Of a stretch of DNA of 64,000 bases, positions 63,206 through 64,000 are shown one piece after another. Position 1 is the stretch's first letter, and the number at the start of each line of letters is the position of its first letter. Made by a program: the position numbers and the translations under genes. This DNA is from Dehalococcoidia bacterium (GTDB lineage Bacteria; Chloroflexota; Dehalococcoidia; Bin125). The stretch lies in the NCBI GenBank assembly GCA_965261715.1, contig OZ253471.1, positions 1,162,861-1,226,860 on the forward strand, given 5' to 3'. The notes beneath the pieces were generated by a model. The model was not told where the DNA came from. It saw only the letters and a list, made by a program, of their open reading frames with translations, and did not search any database.

Positions 63206-63780
63206 AACGACTCAGTCCGGTACTTCTGATCGCGACCATCGCGGCGATTACTGCTCTCATCTTCTCAGCATGTGGCGGTGGAGGAGGATCGGATGACGGT
63301 CAGGCCGCGGTCGACATCCGTGACCGCCCCGAGCTTGAGATCTACGACAACGAGCACACGACCGACCAACAGATTCACCTCGTTGGCAATCAGCCAGCCG
63401 ACTACACCATCTTCCCTCCATACGGCGAAGAACACTCCCCCATTCCGCTGGCCTGCGGCATTTACAGCTCCACACCGCTCTTCGAGATGGTGGTCCACGC
63501 GATGGAGCACGGCGCGGTCGTCCTCTGGTACACCCCGACAGACCTGAACGCCGACAACATCACCGCGCTCACCGAGGTCGTTTCCGAGCACCTCAATGAC
63601 AACGAGTACGCGATCCAGGCGCCCTACGGCGGCCTCAACTCGCCAATCATGCTGGTCGCCTGGGGAGTGCGACTGCCGCTCGACAACGTCGACAAGCAAG
63701 CAATCGAGCAATTCTTCGACGAGTTCCACGACGACGCCCCCGAACCACTCGCAGCCGGCGGCTGCGCCACCGCCCGCTAA
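63202..63780 (+). CDS. DUF3105-domain lipoprotein
   Basis: Lipobox FSAC, HAMEHGAVVLWY, LVAWG, APE; ATGA overlap. Confidence 0.82.
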   Translation: MKRLSPVLLIATIAAITALIFSACGGGGGSDDGQAAVDIRDRPELEIYDNEHTTDQQIHLVGNQPADYTIFPPYGEEHSPIPLACGIYSSTPLFEMVVHAMEHGAVVLWYTPTDLNADNITALTEVVSEHLNDNEYAIQAPYGGLNSPIMLVAWGVRLPLDNVDKQAIEQFFDEFHDDAPEPLAAGGCATAR

Positions 63781-63789
63781 CGCTCCCCT

Positions 63790-64000
63790 CCGTTCCCCTC
63801 TCCCCCCCTTGCGGAGGCCTTTGAAAAACTCATGATCCCCCTCTCCCCCCCCTTGCGGGGGGAGATGTCACGGAGTGACAGAGGGGAGGTCCGCCGCCAG
63901 CGACCAGATAGGCCTTGAGAAGGGGACCCCCCCTCTACCTGCGGCATCTCCCCCGCAAGGGGGGCGAATGGGACTTTCAAAGGTCTCATTGCGGGGGAGA
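63790..64000. mobile_element. GAG(A/G)CCTTTG-ended MITE (63814-63987) inserted in the loop of a related palindrome; runs off the window
   Basis: cttgcg|GAGGCCTTTGAAAA...TTTCAAAGGTCTC|attgcg. Confidence 0.82.

Overview
GC-rich bacterial chromosome segment. Gene content suggests Chloroflexota, probably Dehalococcoidia-like (inference only). Mostly housekeeping and accessory metabolism: 3' part of smc, ftsY, dinB, malic enzyme, lipBA divergent from aceEF-lpdA-folP, F420 genes cofDC, class II ribonucleotide reductase nrdJ, a core (MesB-like) methionine synthase, a sirtuin, and a thiolase-fold/DUF35/CoA-transferase cluster. No rRNA, tRNA, CRISPR array or transposase gene was seen. Main points of interest: (1) a selenoprotein split by the ORF caller (34426-34956, in-frame UGA in LAD-U-GSCTTC with a SECIS-like hairpin), flanked by three paralogues of an uncharacterised DG[FL]PVVPPT family, one thioredoxin-fused and one frameshifted; (2) nested non-autonomous repeats, with TA-flanked MITEs sitting on stop codons, a second MITE type inserted in their hairpin loops, and REP-like cargo; (3) a serine-palmitoyltransferase-like operon; (4) a dense DnaA-box-like cluster away from dnaA; (5) an unannotated Leu/Ile/Val-rich leader peptide with hairpins upstream of the sirtuin; (6) a triple zinc-ribbon-RDD array. 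All family calls come from motif recognition, not database searches.
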